Below are positions 30,151 through 43,679 of a stretch of DNA of 64,000 bases, one piece after another (position 1 is the stretch's first letter; the number at the start of each line of letters is the position of its first letter). Location: the NCBI RefSeq assembly GCF_050920415.1, contig NZ_CP169309.1. One strand, 5' to 3'. Source of the DNA: Escherichia coli (GTDB lineage: Bacteria; Pseudomonadota; Gammaproteobacteria; Enterobacterales; Enterobacteriaceae). The translations under genes and the position numbers were made by a program. The notes beneath the pieces are model-generated. The model was given only the letters and a program-made list of their open reading frames with translations. It ran no database searches and had not been told where the DNA came from.

Positions 30151-30647
30151 TTCGAGTAGAAATTCCCATTGATGCGCCGGGTATTGATGCCCTGCTGCGT
30201 CGTTCATTCGAAAGCGATGCGGAAGCGAAGCTGGTTCACGATCTGCGTGAAGATGGCTTTCTGACGCTGGGGCTGGTGGCGACAGATGACGAAGGTCAGG
30301 TCATTGGCTATGTGGCATTTAGTCCGGTTGATGTGCAGGGCGAAGACCTGCAATGGGTCGGCATGGCACCGCTGGCGGTAGATGAAAAATACCGTGGACA
30401 GGGGCTGGCACGCCAACTGGTCTATGAAGGACTCGATTCGCTTAATGAGTTCGGCTATGCCGCAGTGGTGACGCTGGGCGATCCGGCGCTGTACAGCCGT
30501 TTCGGCTTTGAACTGGCGGCGCATCACGATCTGCGTTGTCGTTGGCCGGGCACTGAAAGCGCCTTCCAGGTACATCGTTTAGCGGATGATGCGCTGAACG
30601 GCGTAACCGGTCTGGTTGAGTATCACGAACACTTCAATCGCTTTTAA
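30144..30647 (+). CDS. yhbS: GNAT-family N-acetyltransferase YhbS
   Basis: 167-aa ORF with acetyl-CoA binding motif [10 protein letters not shown]. Confidence 0.85.
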   Translation: MLIRVEIPIDAPGIDALLRRSFESDAEAKLVHDLREDGFLTLGLVATDDEGQVIGYVAFSPVDVQGEDLQWVGMAPLAVDEKYRGQGLARQLVYEGLDSLNEFGYAAVVTLGDPALYSRFGFELAAHHDLRCRWPGTESAFQVHRLADDALNGVTGLVEYHEHFNRF

Positions 30648-30936
30648 TCTCCGGGGTTTGCAGGCTGCTCAACAGTTCTGCAAACCCTGCGCCTTCCGCT
30701 ACCAGACGCTCTTTTTGCCGTTTGGTCAGTTGCTTGATGCGATATTCCATCCGTAACGCCAGCGAGCGGTCGCCCACTGGCGCGGAAAACGCCAGCGTCA
30801 GTTCTCCTTTCCCGCGCAGTGCTTTCGCCCCTTTTCCGCTTTGGTGCTGCTGATAGCGGCGTTCAACATCCGTGGTGATCCCGGTATAAAGCTTATTGTC
30901 GGCGGTACGGATCAAGTAAAGAAACCAGGGTGTCAT
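30634..30936 (-). CDS. yhbQ: GIY-YIG domain protein YhbQ
   Basis: 100 aa from [31 protein letters not shown]. Confidence 0.85.
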   Translation of the reverse strand: MTPWFLYLIRTADNKLYTGITTDVERRYQQHQSGKGAKALRGKGELTLAFSAPVGDRSLALRMEYRIKQLTKRQKERLVAEGAGFAELLSSLQTPEIKSD

Positions 30937-30986
30937 CGTCTGCGTCACATGTTAAGGTCAGGCCCACAGTATAAAAGAGAACAGCT

Positions 30987-31409
30987 ATGGAAACACTCAC
31001 CGCCATCAGCCGTTGGCTGGCAAAACAACATGTTGTCACCTGGTGTGTGCAGCAGGAAGGGGAATTGTGGTGCGCCAATGCCTTTTATCTTTTTGATGCA
31101 CAGAAAGTTGCCTTCTACATTTTGACGGAGGAAAAAACGCGTCACGCGCAGATGAGTGGGCCGCAGGCGGCAGTTGCTGGAACGGTAAACGGTCAGCCGA
31201 AAACGGTAGCGTTAATTCGCGGTGTGCAGTTTAAAGGTGAGATCCGCAGACTGGAAGGTGAGGAAAGCGACCTTGCGCGCAAGGCGTATAATCGTCGCTT
31301 TCCGGTTGCCAGAATGCTGTCGGCGCCGGTGTGGGAAATCCGGCTTGATGAAATCAAATTCACTGACAACACGCTGGGCTTTGGTAAAAAAATGATTTGG
31401 CTACGTAGC

Positions 31410-31430
<21 letters not shown>
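30987..31430 (+). CDS. yhbP: pyridoxamine 5'-phosphate oxidase-like protein YhbP
   Basis: 147-aa [37 protein letters not shown]... Confidence 0.85.
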
Positions 31431-31966
<536 letters not shown>

Positions 31967-31967
31967 T

Positions 31968-32018
<51 letters not shown>

Positions 32019-32045
32019 GGGAGCGCAAGGCAGACAATTCTGTAA

Positions 32046-32691
<646 letters not shown>

Positions 32692-32763
32692 TTATTCCCA
32701 AGAATTGATAGTGAGTGTAATATTCACGCGCTCAATTATCATAACTAATTCCTGGGGAATGCT

Positions 32764-33804
32764 ATGACTGGTCAGTCTTCATCTCAGGCGGCAACGCCCA
32801 TTCAGTGGTGGAAACCCGCGCTTTTCTTTCTCGTTGTCATTGCTGGTCTCTGGTATGTGAAATGGCAACCTTACTACGGCAAAGCGTTTACCGCCGCCGA
32901 AACTCACAACATCGGTAAATCAATACTCTCACAGGCGGATGCTAATCCGTGGCAGGCGGCGTTGGATTACGCGATGATCTATTTCCTCGCGGTATGGAAA
33001 GCGGCGGTGCTGGGAGTGATCCTCGGGTCGTTGATTCAGGTGCTGATCCCTCGTGACTGGCTGCTGCGTACGCTTGGGCAATCGCGCTTTCGCGGCACGC
33101 TGCTGGGAACGCTGTTTTCGCTGCCGGGCATGATGTGTACTTGCTGTGCGGCACCGGTCGCGGCGGGGATGCGTCGCCAACAGGTGTCGATGGGCGGGGC
33201 GCTGGCATTCTGGATGGGCAATCCGTTGTTAAATCCGGCGACGCTGGTGTTTATGGGTTTTGTCCTCGGCTGGGGCTTTGCGGCGATTCGTCTGGTGGCG
33301 GGACTGGTGATGGTGTTGCTGATTGCGACCCTGGTGCAAAAATGGGTGCGTGAAACACCGCAAACACAGGCACCGGTCGAAATTGATATGCCGGAAGTGC
33401 AGGGCGGATTCTTTAGCCGCTGGGGTAGGGCGCTATGGACGCTTTTCTGGAGTACGATCCCGGTATATATCCTTGCCGTACTGGCGTTGGGTGCCGCTCG
33501 CGTCTGGTTATTCCCCCATGCCGATGGTGCTGTCGATAACAGCCTGATGTGGGTGATTGCGATGGCGGTAGCGGGATGCTTGTTTGTCATTCCCACGGCA
33601 GCAGAAATTCCGATTGTACAAACGATGATGCTGGCAGGTATGGGAACCGCTCCGGCGCTGGCATTGTTGATGACGCTTCCTGCTGTAAGTTTGCCGTCGC
33701 TGATAATGTTGCGTAAAGCGTTCCCGGCGAAAGCCTTATGGCTGACGGGTGCGATGGTGGCGGTGTCTGGTGTGATTGTCGGCGGGCTGGCGCTGTTGTT
33801 CTGA
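32764..33804 (+). CDS. yraQ: permease-family inner membrane protein YraQ
   Basis: 346-aa polytopic membrane ORF with CxxCC motif (MCTCCAAPVAAGM). Confidence 0.85.
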   Translation: MTGQSSSQAATPIQWWKPALFFLVVIAGLWYVKWQPYYGKAFTAAETHNIGKSILSQADANPWQAALDYAMIYFLAVWKAAVLGVILGSLIQVLIPRDWLLRTLGQSRFRGTLLGTLFSLPGMMCTCCAAPVAAGMRRQQVSMGGALAFWMGNPLLNPATLVFMGFVLGWGFAAIRLVAGLVMVLLIATLVQKWVRETPQTQAPVEIDMPEVQGGFFSRWGRALWTLFWSTIPVYILAVLALGAARVWLFPHADGAVDNSLMWVIAMAVAGCLFVIPTAAEIPIVQTMMLAGMGTAPALALLMTLPAVSLPSLIMLRKAFPAKALWLTGAMVAVSGVIVGGLALLF

Positions 33805-33816
33805 TTTGAGGGAAAA

Positions 33817-33998
33817 CATGTCGGATGCGGCGTAAACGCCTTATCCGACCTACGGTTTGCATCGTTGCAGGCCTGATAAGACGCGGCAAGCGTCGCATCA
33901 GGCAACGGCAGTCGGATGCGGCGCAGGCGCCTTATCCGACCTACGGTTTGTGTCGTGTAGGCCTGATAAGACGCGGCAAGCGTCGCATCAGGCATTAC
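33817..33998. repeat. BIME/REP cluster (about 4 REP units)
   Basis: Alternating gtcggatgcggcg...cgccttatccgac and gcctgataagacgcggcaagcgtcgcatcaggc palindromes. Confidence 0.9.
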
Positions 33999-34007
33999 AA
34001 GGTGCTG

Positions 34008-34583
34008 CTATTTAATAAACGTAAACGCTGTGGTTACACGTTTTACGCCGCTCACCCGACTGGCAATATCTGCCGCCGCTTTCGCTTCACGTTCAGTCAC
34101 CAGCCCCATCAGGAACACTTCACCGTTTTCGGTGGTCACTTTCACGTTGGACGATTTCACCAGGTCGCTGGTTAAGAGCTGCGAACGCACTTTGGTGGTG
34201 ATCCACGTATCGTTAGACGCTTCGCCCAGACCAATCGGCTGGCCCTGACGAATCTCGTTATACACTTCGTTGGCACCGTCTACGCCCATAGCAATCTGTT
34301 TGGCGCGAGCCGAAAGTTCAGCGTTTGGTGACTGCCCAACCAGCAGCACTTTGCCCTGATAGGCCGTTACATTAATGCGTGCTTCTTTCTTGATTTGTTC
34401 GTCTTTCGACAATGCGCTGTTCACGCGCACTTCCAGGGTTCCATCATCCACCTGGGTGCCGACACTGCGTGGGTCAGTTGCGGCTTTTGTACCCACAGCC
34501 GCGGTGCCCACTACGGCGGCAGCAACGCAACCTTGCAACAGCAGTGCGGAAATAAGGACTGCGATTGGCGATAATGCCTTCAT
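34008..34583 (-). CDS. dolP: BON-domain outer membrane lipoprotein DolP (YraP)
   Basis: 191-aa ORF with signal peptide and lipobox LLQGC. Confidence 0.9.
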   Translation of the reverse strand: MKALSPIAVLISALLLQGCVAAAVVGTAAVGTKAATDPRSVGTQVDDGTLEVRVNSALSKDEQIKKEARINVTAYQGKVLLVGQSPNAELSARAKQIAMGVDGANEVYNEIRQGQPIGLGEASNDTWITTKVRSQLLTSDLVKSSNVKVTTENGEVFLMGLVTEREAKAAADIASRVSGVKRVTTAFTFIK

Positions 34584-34592
34584 GTATTCTCC

Positions 34593-35183
34593 TTAAACAT
34601 CCTGGTGAGGGAAAAGCGTGTTATCGATCAGATCGCACAAGCAATTTACCGTCAGCATATGCATTTCCTGAATGCGAGCACTACGATGCGAAGGAATGCG
34701 GATCTCCACATCCTGTGGCCCTAACAACCCTGCAAGTTCACCGCCGTCATAGCCAGTCAATGCCACAATGGTCATATCACGCGTAACAGCAGCTTCTACT
34801 GCTTTTACGATATCGCGGCTGTTGCCACGGGTGGAAATGGCTAACAACACATCTCCCGCATGCCCCAGCGCCCGCACTTGTTTTGCATACACTTCATCAT
34901 GTAAGCGATCGTTGGCAATCGCCGTTAAGACAACATTATCAGTATTTAGTGCAATGGCAGGTAAGCTGGGCCGCTCCGTTTCGAATCGGTTGATCATGCT
35001 GGCAGCAAAATGCTGTGCATTGGCAGCGGAAGTTCCATTACCACAACAGAGGATTTTGTTGCCATTGAGCAGAGACTGAACCAGCGTCATGGCTGCACGG
35101 GAGATGGCATCCGGAAGCGCCTCTGCTGCCGCAATTTGAGTTTGAATGCTTTCAGTGAAGCAAGCTTTAATTCGTTCTTGCAC
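34593..35183 (-). CDS. diaA: DnaA initiator-associating protein DiaA (SIS domain)
   Basis: 196-aa [53 protein letters not shown]... Confidence 0.92.
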
Positions 35184-35202
35184 GCTAATCCTTAAACCTT
35201 AA

Positions 35203-35598
35203 TTATGAGTGGTCATTAAAGGCATCCTTAATCCACTCAACTTCATTCCCGGTGAAGGCTACCACATCGAACCGGCAATCCACAGTATCAAAACTCCCAT
35301 TATGACGCGCGAGCCACAAGCGGGCAGTCTGTAATAATTTGTGTTGTTTGCTGCGGGTCACACTGGCTGCCGCACCACCGTAAAGGGCTGAGCGGCGGTA
35401 ACGCACCTCGACAAAAACGGTGGTCCTGCCTTCACGCATTATCAGATCGATCTCGCCGCCACGCTCGTTCACGTTAGCGGCGACAAACCGCAGTCCTTTG
35501 CTCTCCAGCCAGCGACGCGCTTGTGCCTCCCACGCATCGCCGGTCTGTTTAGTGGTTAACTGGCGGGGACTACCTGACCTTGTTGGTACTGTAGCCAT
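35203..35598 (-). CDS. yraN: UPF0102 family protein YraN
   Basis: 131-aa ORF; 5' end overlaps the 3' end of lpoA. Confidence 0.85.
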   Translation of the reverse strand: MATVPTRSGSPRQLTTKQTGDAWEAQARRWLESKGLRFVAANVNERGGEIDLIMREGRTTVFVEVRYRRSALYGGAAASVTRSKQHKLLQTARLWLARHNGSFDTVDCRFDVVAFTGNEVEWIKDAFNDHS

Positions 35599-37592
35599 GA
35601 TAACTTCCTGTTAATTACGCAATCCGGGTTAGCCGTCAGACTTCCGGTATTACCGTTGATTTCGAAACCCTGAACCTGGCGCATCTGTGAGAAATGATTT
35701 GCCAACGACCAGGCATCAACGCCCATCGCATACATGCGAGCCAGCGAATAATCGTTATTCACCGCACTGAGCGCCTGCTGCATTAATGGCAGATTACCGC
35801 CCGCCAGCATCGGGATTTCGCTATATTGCAAACCTTCCATTTCCAGACGGAAATCCGGACCCGCGGTGCCTTGTGCGCTTCGGGAGCTTGCGTACAGCGT
35901 TGCACCGCTCTGGCTACCGTTACGCATGGCGATCATCGGTTTGATAAAAGCGATTTCACCCGGCGTTGCCACAATGTACACCGCATCGACACGACCGCCA
36001 TTATTGGTGAACTGGTCATCGGTTGGCGTGGTTTGCAGCGTTGGATTGTTGGTCGTCATGCCGGAGTCGGTTGTTTCTCTGGGAGTAATCGGGCTACCGG
36101 TTAAAGCGATACCAGAACCACCGTTAACTCCCGCGCGTAATTCGCTGGTGGAACCAAATTTTTGTTGCAGAACGGTGCCGCCGCCCAGCTTCTGCCACTC
36201 TTGCGCAAACGCATTGGCTACGCGATCGCCCAGCGAACTGCGAGGGATCAGCACCAGTGGCGCTTGTTTACCCTGGTCACGAATATGACGCGCTGCATCG
36301 CGCGCTTCGTCTTCCGGTGAAAGCGCGAAGTAACAAATATTGACGCGGTTTTCGATATTTTCTGGCTGGTTCAGTGCCAGCACGTTCAGCGGGGTGTTGC
36401 TTTTCAGTAACTCTTCAACGTTATTTTTCAGCAACGGACCGACCACAATACTCGCGCCATCCTGCTGAACCTGGTTGAGGATCTGGCTAAGCGGTTGTGA
36501 TGAGGTATCATAAATTTTCAGCTCTGCGGATGGATTCGCGGGGGCGCTTACCGCCGCAGTGTTTGCCGCCGGGGCGCTTACAGGCACTGGTTGAGCCGCG
36601 GTTTCTTCGCCTGTCAGATCGCTAACCGAGGCTTGTGCCGGGCTGGCAACGCCGTCAACAGTTTGCTGCTGGGGTTGTTCTGCAACGTCTGCGATTGGTG
36701 CGGCAGTTGCCTGTGCCGCCACTGGCTGAGTGCCGATATTTTTCGCCGCTTCAAAGCCTTGCTGAATAGTGCGGCCAAATACCGCTGCCTGGCCATTCAG
36801 TGGCAACAGCAGGGCTATTTTGTTGGTTGACGCTGGTTTAAATGCTTTTACGTTTACCAACTGCGTAGGCAGCATTTTCGCGCCCGGGTTGTTCGGATAA
36901 CGTTTCTGCCAGTCGGCGATCCCAGCTTTCATCATGTCGGGATCGTTACGGTTATCAAACCAGACGCGCTGCAGATCAAGCCAGCCTTGCAGAATATTTT
37001 CGTCGGCGTTGATCACCAGCGTATTCGCCTGGTCCTGAGTCATGGAGGAGAGTGCCTGCCATGTAGCATCAATATTCTGTTGCTTTTCTTTCGCGCCGAG
37101 CAGGGGTTCCTGAGCAATTAAGGCGCGCAGTAAATCAATGGAAGGACGCCCCTGACTGGCATCGATTTTTGCCTGCCAGTAACGCGCCTGCTGGTTTTGA
37201 TCTAAATCGGCAGGTGTGATTTTCGCCAGCAGGGTTTGTGCGCCAGCAAAATCTTTCTGCGCCAGCTTAATTTCTACTGCCAGAAGAGTTTTCTCGCGAC
37301 GCTGGTAATCGTTCAGTTCCTGCGGCAGCTGGTTAAACAGCTCCACCGCCTGCCCGGTTTTACCTTCTTTCACCAGTGCACGAATGGCGAGTAATTGCCA
37401 GTTGATCCTGGTATCATCAGCGCTTTGCTGCATCTGCTGAAGATAAAAGGCAGAATCAGCCTGCGCCGTGCCCTGCATATAGGCAGTGGACTGATCGGGA
37501 GTATGGGTGCCACAACCGGCGAAAATCAGGGCTGCCAGAACAACAGGCAGACAACGCGCGGCTTTCAAACGAGAAAATGTTGAGGGTACCAT
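35556..37592 (-). CDS. lpoA: penicillin-binding protein 1A activator LpoA
   Basis: 678 aa from [27 protein letters not shown] (lipobox); TPR-like N-terminal domain, Q/P/A-rich linker. Confidence 0.92.
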   Translation of the reverse strand: MVPSTFSRLKAARCLPVVLAALIFAGCGTHTPDQSTAYMQGTAQADSAFYLQQMQQSADDTRINWQLLAIRALVKEGKTGQAVELFNQLPQELNDYQRREKTLLAVEIKLAQKDFAGAQTLLAKITPADLDQNQQARYWQAKIDASQGRPSIDLLRALIAQEPLLGAKEKQQNIDATWQALSSMTQDQANTLVINADENILQGWLDLQRVWFDNRNDPDMMKAGIADWQKRYPNNPGAKMLPTQLVNVKAFKPASTNKIALLLPLNGQAAVFGRTIQQGFEAAKNIGTQPVAAQATAAPIADVAEQPQQQTVDGVASPAQASVSDLTGEETAAQPVPVSAPAANTAAVSAPANPSAELKIYDTSSQPLSQILNQVQQDGASIVVGPLLKNNVEELLKSNTPLNVLALNQPENIENRVNICYFALSPEDEARDAARHIRDQGKQAPLVLIPRSSLGDRVANAFAQEWQKLGGGTVLQQKFGSTSELRAGVNGGSGIALTGSPITPRETTDSGMTTNNPTLQTTPTDDQFTNNGGRVDAVYIVATPGEIAFIKPMIAMRNGSQSGATLYASSRSAQGTAGPDFRLEMEGLQYSEIPMLAGGNLPLMQQALSAVNNDYSLARMYAMGVDAWSLANHFSQMRQVQGFEINGNTGSLTANPDCVINRKLSWLQYQQGQVVPAS

Positions 37593-37656
37593 AATGTATC
37601 CAGTGATATTTTTTTTACGCAATGCTCAATATTAAATCGGCAATACGGACGACACA

Positions 37657-38520
37657 ATGAAACAACACCAATCGGCGGATAATTCTCAGGGCCAGCTTTA
37701 CATTGTACCGACGCCAATCGGCAATCTGGCAGATATCACCCAGCGTGCGTTGGAGGTTTTACAGGCCGTTGATCTGATTGCCGCCGAGGATACGCGTCAT
37801 ACCGGTTTACTGCTGCAACATTTTGGAATTAACGCCAGGTTGTTCGCCTTGCACGACCATAACGAACAACAGAAAGCCGAAACGTTACTGGCGAAGCTGC
37901 AGGAAGGGCAAAACATTGCGCTGGTGTCCGATGCCGGAACGCCACTGATTAACGATCCCGGCTATCATCTGGTGCGTACCTGCCGAGAAGCGGGGATTCG
38001 CGTGGTGCCACTACCGGGGCCGTGTGCTGCTATCACTGCATTAAGTGCTGCGGGTTTACCATCCGATCGTTTTTGTTATGAAGGCTTTTTACCTGCCAAA
38101 TCAAAAGGCCGCCGTGATGCGCTAAAAGCCATTGAAGCGGAGCCGCGCACGCTGATTTTTTATGAATCCACCCACCGTCTGTTAGATAGCCTGGAAGATA
38201 TCGTTGCTGTGCTGGGTGAGTCCCGTTACGTGGTGCTGGCGCGTGAGCTCACCAAAACCTGGGAAACCATTCACGGCGCGCCCGTTGGCGAGCTGCTGGC
38301 GTGGGTAAAAGAAGATGAAAACCGTCGCAAAGGCGAAATGGTGCTGATTGTTGAAGGCCATAAAGCGCAGGAAGAAGACTTACCCGCCGATGCCCTGCGC
38401 ACGCTGGCGCTGTTGCAGGCAGAACTGCCGCTGAAAAAAGCGGCGGCGCTGGCAGCAGAAATTCACGGCGTGAAGAAAAATGCGCTGTATAAGTATGCGC
38501 TGGAACAGCAGGGGGAGTGA
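37657..38520 (+). CDS. rsmI: 16S rRNA C1402 2'-O-methyltransferase RsmI
   Basis: 287-aa ORF with tetrapyrrole-methylase fold motifs ([10 protein letters not shown]). Confidence 0.92.
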
Positions 38521-38569
38521 TTACAGGCGTCGCAGCAAGAATAGAGCTGCAACGCCTACACCGGGCGAT

Positions 38570-39337
38570 TTAACGACGACACATCTCATCAATCATGCAT
38601 GTGAAATAGTTATGCAGCCATAAAAACGAAGCCGGGATAGCGGTAGAGACTTTAGCCGTGAGAAAACGTTCTGTCGCATCCTGCTTTCCTTCGCCAGTTA
38701 TCAGTAACAAAACTTCGCGGGCATTGAGAATATCCTTCAGGCCTAAAGTGATCCCACGAGTCACGGGACGGCCCGCGGTTTTTAACATCTCATGTTGTTG
38801 CGTTCTGGTATCAAGCTGGCTGATATGGCTTGCTGGTTGCAGACTTTCTCCCGGTTCGTTCAGCCCAAGATGGCCGTTTTTTCCCAATCCGAGAACGCAT
38901 AAATCCAGACCGCCTTTGCGCGCAATCAGGTTCGTTACCCGTTCGCACTCTGTCTCATTTATCTCTTCAGAGCGAAAGCTGATGAGCTGGTCTTCACGTA
39001 GCCCCAGCGGCTGCACGATATGCTGTTGAAGGAAAGTTTCGCAGGTGCCAGGCATTGTTAATGGCAGATCCACCCATTCGTCGAGCTTCACGAAGGTTAG
39101 TTGGCTGACATCAACCTGCTGCTGGTGGATTTTTTCTACCAGATAATGATACGTCAGTAATGGTGTGGCTCCGGTCGCCAGGCAAATCACGGCATCCGGT
39201 TTGCTACGGATCACGGCCAATAAATATTCGCTGGCACGTTCACTTAACGCCGTATAGTTTTCAACTTGTTGAAGGGTTTGCACAGGATGAAATTCCTTTA
39301 GTAAAGAGGCACCACCAGACGCAGTGCCTCGTTCCAT
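38570..39337 (-). CDS. agaI: galactosamine-6-phosphate deaminase/isomerase AgaI (NagB family)
   Basis: 255-aa ORF, NagB-like; true start may be a few codons downstream. Confidence 0.85.
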   Translation of the reverse strand: MERGTASGGASLLKEFHPVQTLQQVENYTALSERASEYLLAVIRSKPDAVICLATGATPLLTYHYLVEKIHQQQVDVSQLTFVKLDEWVDLPLTMPGTCETFLQQHIVQPLGLREDQLISFRSEEINETECERVTNLIARKGGLDLCVLGLGKNGHLGLNEPGESLQPASHISQLDTRTQQHEMLKTAGRPVTRGITLGLKDILNAREVLLLITGEGKQDATERFLTAKVSTAIPASFLWLHNYFTCMIDEMCRR

Positions 39338-40129
39338 TTACAAAATGCCGAATGCGGAACAAACAATAGAGAGCACAAAAGTCACGCCGATTAACAGCAC
39401 CGGATGCGCTTTTTTCACCCGCAGGAAGTAATACATCAACAGGGTGTAGGCCATCGGTAAAATGTTCGGGAAGACTTTATCGAAGAAATCCTGCTGCAGC
39501 GCGACGCTGTGGGTACTGTCGATGGCAAACGATGTCACCACGTTAATATGCACATACGAAGCGATCAGCCCGCCGATTACCGTGATCCCGAGGATGGTTG
39601 CCGAACGAGCAATCATCTGCGAGTTCTCTCGCACTTTATCGATCGCCTTCACGCCGACTGAATAACCGACGTGGGTCCAGCCGACGCGCAGGAAGAAGAT
39701 AAGCAGGTAAACGGCGAAAAATAGAATCGGCCCCAGCAGGTTTCCCTGACTGGCAAACGATGAGCAAATCCCCGCCATAATCGGCAACAAAGTAAACCAG
39801 AAAATCGCATCACCAATCCCGGCGATTGGGCCAAACAGCGCCACTTTGAGGCCTTTAATGGTGTCGCGGTTTTCTCCTTTTTCTTCCATCGAAATTAATA
39901 ACCCCATCAGGAATCCGACCAGATTCGGGTGAGTATTAATAAATTCGAGGTTATCTTTCATCGCCGCGCTTAGGCCCGGTTTGTCGTCCTTATAAATCTT
40001 TTTCAGGAGCGGCAACATCGCCCAGGTAAAACCGCCCGCCTGCATCCTTTCGTAGTTAAAGCTCGCTTGCAGGAGTGACGAACGAAAGCCCAGACGGGTG
40101 ATATCTTTTTTACTGATTTCAGATCCCAT
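39338..40129 (-). CDS. agaD: PTS mannose-family IID component (galactosamine-specific)
   Basis: 263 aa from MGSEISKKDITRLGFRSSLLQASFNYERMQA. Confidence 0.88.
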   Translation of the reverse strand: MGSEISKKDITRLGFRSSLLQASFNYERMQAGGFTWAMLPLLKKIYKDDKPGLSAAMKDNLEFINTHPNLVGFLMGLLISMEEKGENRDTIKGLKVALFGPIAGIGDAIFWFTLLPIMAGICSSFASQGNLLGPILFFAVYLLIFFLRVGWTHVGYSVGVKAIDKVRENSQMIARSATILGITVIGGLIASYVHINVVTSFAIDSTHSVALQQDFFDKVFPNILPMAYTLLMYYFLRVKKAHPVLLIGVTFVLSIVCSAFGIL

Positions 40130-40922
40130 TGCTGTAGTCCTCTTCTTCATTTTTACTGGCAACGGGCTGCGGTTGCGCTTGCTGCCGGGATTTCGCATTG
40201 AAAAACTCATACACCGCAAAGCCTGCGCCCAGTACGGCAACCGGCAACAGGTTGCTGACCTGGATGTAGCAAACAAACAGGAAACCGGCGATCAGGTAAG
40301 GGATATATTGCGCTTTGAACATTACGCGCAGCAGCAAGCCAAAACCAACGGCAGGCAGAATGCCGCCAGCCACTTCAAAGCCGTGGGTCAGCCAGGCGGG
40401 CATCGCTTTCACCAGCGCCTGCATCGCCCCTTGCGCCAGGTAAGTACAGAGGAAAGCAATCACCGCATACGCTGAAGCGACGATGAGCATCGTTGTCCAG
40501 TTAAGTCGGGAAAACGCTGCTGTATCCGCCTCTTTCGCACAATTATCAGCTTTGGTCATAAATAATGAGAATGCCGAATAGAAGAACAGAATGACGTACT
40601 GCATTAACAAACTAAACGGCAGACCAAGGCCAATTGCCGTTTTGGCATCGACGCCCGTAGACCATGCAATGACGGTAGTCATCAGACCCGCCATAATTGG
40701 GTTGGGCGGCTGTACACCACCTGCGGGGGTTAATCCGGCGAAAGCCAGTTCTGTTAGGCCACCGGTAATTAAGCCAGTCTGAATATCACCGAGAATAGCA
40801 CCTGTAAGGGTACAAACGATTATCGGGCGGAATAAAAATAAGGCTTCCAGCCAAAAATCAATCCCCAGAACGAAAACTAACGCCGCCAGGGATAATCCCT
40901 GAATTAGGGTTATTTCATGCAT
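40119..40922 (-). CDS. agaC: PTS mannose-family IIC component (galactosamine-specific)
   Basis: 267-aa membrane ORF MHEITLIQGLSLAALVFVLG... Confidence 0.88.
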   Translation of the reverse strand: MHEITLIQGLSLAALVFVLGIDFWLEALFLFRPIIVCTLTGAILGDIQTGLITGGLTELAFAGLTPAGGVQPPNPIMAGLMTTVIAWSTGVDAKTAIGLGLPFSLLMQYVILFFYSAFSLFMTKADNCAKEADTAAFSRLNWTTMLIVASAYAVIAFLCTYLAQGAMQALVKAMPAWLTHGFEVAGGILPAVGFGLLLRVMFKAQYIPYLIAGFLFVCYIQVSNLLPVAVLGAGFAVYEFFNAKSRQQAQPQPVASKNEEEDYSNGI

Positions 40923-40960
40923 TTTTATTACCTCAAACCAGTATTAAGGCGATTTTAAAT

Positions 40961-41437
40961 TTAGTCAGGGATTTGTTCTTTTTGATCGCCGGGGACGTCC
41001 TGAATAAAAATATTCACACCGCGTTGTTTAATAAAGCGTAAGTCCGTGAGATCCTGGTCATCGACATAAACTTTACTGCTGATTTGCTTTTTACCTTCCG
41101 AGAAATGCATATTGCCGACGTTGACATCTTTCAGGTCAATGCCACCTTCTATCAATTTACGTACCGTTTGTGGCGTACGGCAAATCAGGAAGATCTTCTG
41201 ATGCGGTGCAGCTTTGCCGATGACGTTAATGGTTTTTTCGATAGTAAAGAAACGAATGCCAAAGCCGTAGGTTTCCGCGGTAATACCCATTAATTTCTGT
41301 TGAATATCATCGTTAGCGACAACATCATCCACGACCACCAGCAGATTTGCACCGATGGTAGATGTCCAGGTCACACCAACCTGACCGTGAACCAGACGGT
41401 TATCAATACGGGTTAAGAGAATATTTGGACTGCTCAT
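40961..41437 (-). CDS. agaB: PTS mannose-family IIB component
   Basis: 158-aa ORF with phosphohistidine motif RIDNRLVHGQV. Confidence 0.88.
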   Translation of the reverse strand: MSSPNILLTRIDNRLVHGQVGVTWTSTIGANLLVVVDDVVANDDIQQKLMGITAETYGFGIRFFTIEKTINVIGKAAPHQKIFLICRTPQTVRKLIEGGIDLKDVNVGNMHFSEGKKQISSKVYVDDQDLTDLRFIKQRGVNIFIQDVPGDQKEQIPD

Positions 41438-41603
41438 TGTGTAATCCTCACCATAAAGTTGAATAATATAATTTTTTTAAATATATTATTGTTGCGATAT
41501 TTTACTGATGTATTTATTAAGGTTTAGTTATCTCCTTTACCATTAAGGCACTCCCCGATATTAATCGGGAAGTACATTGGGATAAATCATAAAAAACTAA
41601 TGA

Positions 41604-42476
<873 letters not shown>

Positions 42477-43631
42477 TTATGCCTGCCACGGATGAATGAT
42501 TACGCCTTGCACCACGCGGTTAACGGTGCCGCTGGCTGATGGGGTATCCGGCGTATTGCCCATGTGCAGCGATTGCATCAGTGCAAATGTCTGGGCGTAC
42601 ATCAGGAAGCAAAATGCCTGCTCAACGTCGATAAAGTGACGGGACGGCGGCAGGATGATATGTGGACCGGCGGTAATAACGTCGTTGCTTTCCGCGGCGA
42701 TAGCGATTACGCGCATTGCCTGGTTGTCACGGCGGAGTTCTGCCAGCAGATCAAGATCATACTGACGCGTATAGGGGTGGCTGGAGACAAACACCACCAC
42801 CAGCGTTTCGTCATCGACCAGTGATTTAGGCCCATGACGGAATCCGGTCGGGGAATCATAAAAGGCCGCCAGTTTACCCGCCGTTAGTTCAAGCACTTTC
42901 AGCGCCGACTCGCGTGCTGCACCCTGTAATCCACCACTGCCGAGATAAACGATCCGTTTCCACGGTGCGTAACCAAACACACCTTCGCTGAAATCGCCCA
43001 GTGAGGTCAGGATCGCCTGGCAACGATCCGCTACGTCGCGGAAGGTCTGGCTATTGATTGTCTCAGGTGCGAAAACCGCGAGGCAGCTGGCCATCATAGT
43101 GGTAATGCTGCTTGTCATCGCAAAGCCGCGATCGTGCGTTTCTGCGGGCATCAGCAGGGCAAACGCGTTGTCGCTGTTGATCGCGTTTTGGTAAAGAGCG
43201 CCCGCTTCGTTGCAGGTGATCGGCAGGTGATAGCATTCCGGTACAAACTGATTCGCCAGTTCCACGGCGGCGACGCTTTCCGGGCTGTTGCCGGATCGAC
43301 CGAAGGAGATCATCAGCAGCGGATGAGCTGGATTCAGGTAGTCCATCGGATTGGTGACCAGATCGGTGGTTGGTACGGCGCTGAAGTTTTTACCGGTATG
43401 GCTGGCGAGCCACGGCGCGATGATGTCACCGATAAATGCCGAGGTTCCGGCTCCGGTCAGGATGATCCGCAGATTCTCTTTGCGCAGTAACGGTTCAAGG
43501 AAGTTATTGAGCGCGGAACGTAGCGCGTCGATGTTGGTGAGTGAACGGATCCATGCGCGAGGCTGATGGCGGATCTCTTCTTCAGTCCATGTGCCGGTGG
43601 TGGCGGCCGCTGGGGTGTAATTTTCTGGCAT
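42477..43631 (-). CDS. agaS: SIS-domain sugar isomerase/deaminase AgaS
   Basis: 384-aa ORF with tandem SIS domains. Confidence 0.9.
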   Translation of the reverse strand: MPENYTPAAATTGTWTEEEIRHQPRAWIRSLTNIDALRSALNNFLEPLLRKENLRIILTGAGTSAFIGDIIAPWLASHTGKNFSAVPTTDLVTNPMDYLNPAHPLLMISFGRSGNSPESVAAVELANQFVPECYHLPITCNEAGALYQNAINSDNAFALLMPAETHDRGFAMTSSITTMMASCLAVFAPETINSQTFRDVADRCQAILTSLGDFSEGVFGYAPWKRIVYLGSGGLQGAARESALKVLELTAGKLAAFYDSPTGFRHGPKSLVDDETLVVVFVSSHPYTRQYDLDLLAELRRDNQAMRVIAIAAESNDVITAGPHIILPPSRHFIDVEQAFCFLMYAQTFALMQSLHMGNTPDTPSASGTVNRVVQGVIIHPWQA

Positions 43632-43679
43632 AACTCAATCCTTAGTCTGATGAACTTGACTTCCGGCATTGCAGGTTTC

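Noticed and set aside
33817-33998. Possible CRISPR array suggested by the regular repeats
   Set aside because: The units are palindromic REP sequences alternating in orientation with no unique spacers and no cas genes nearby.
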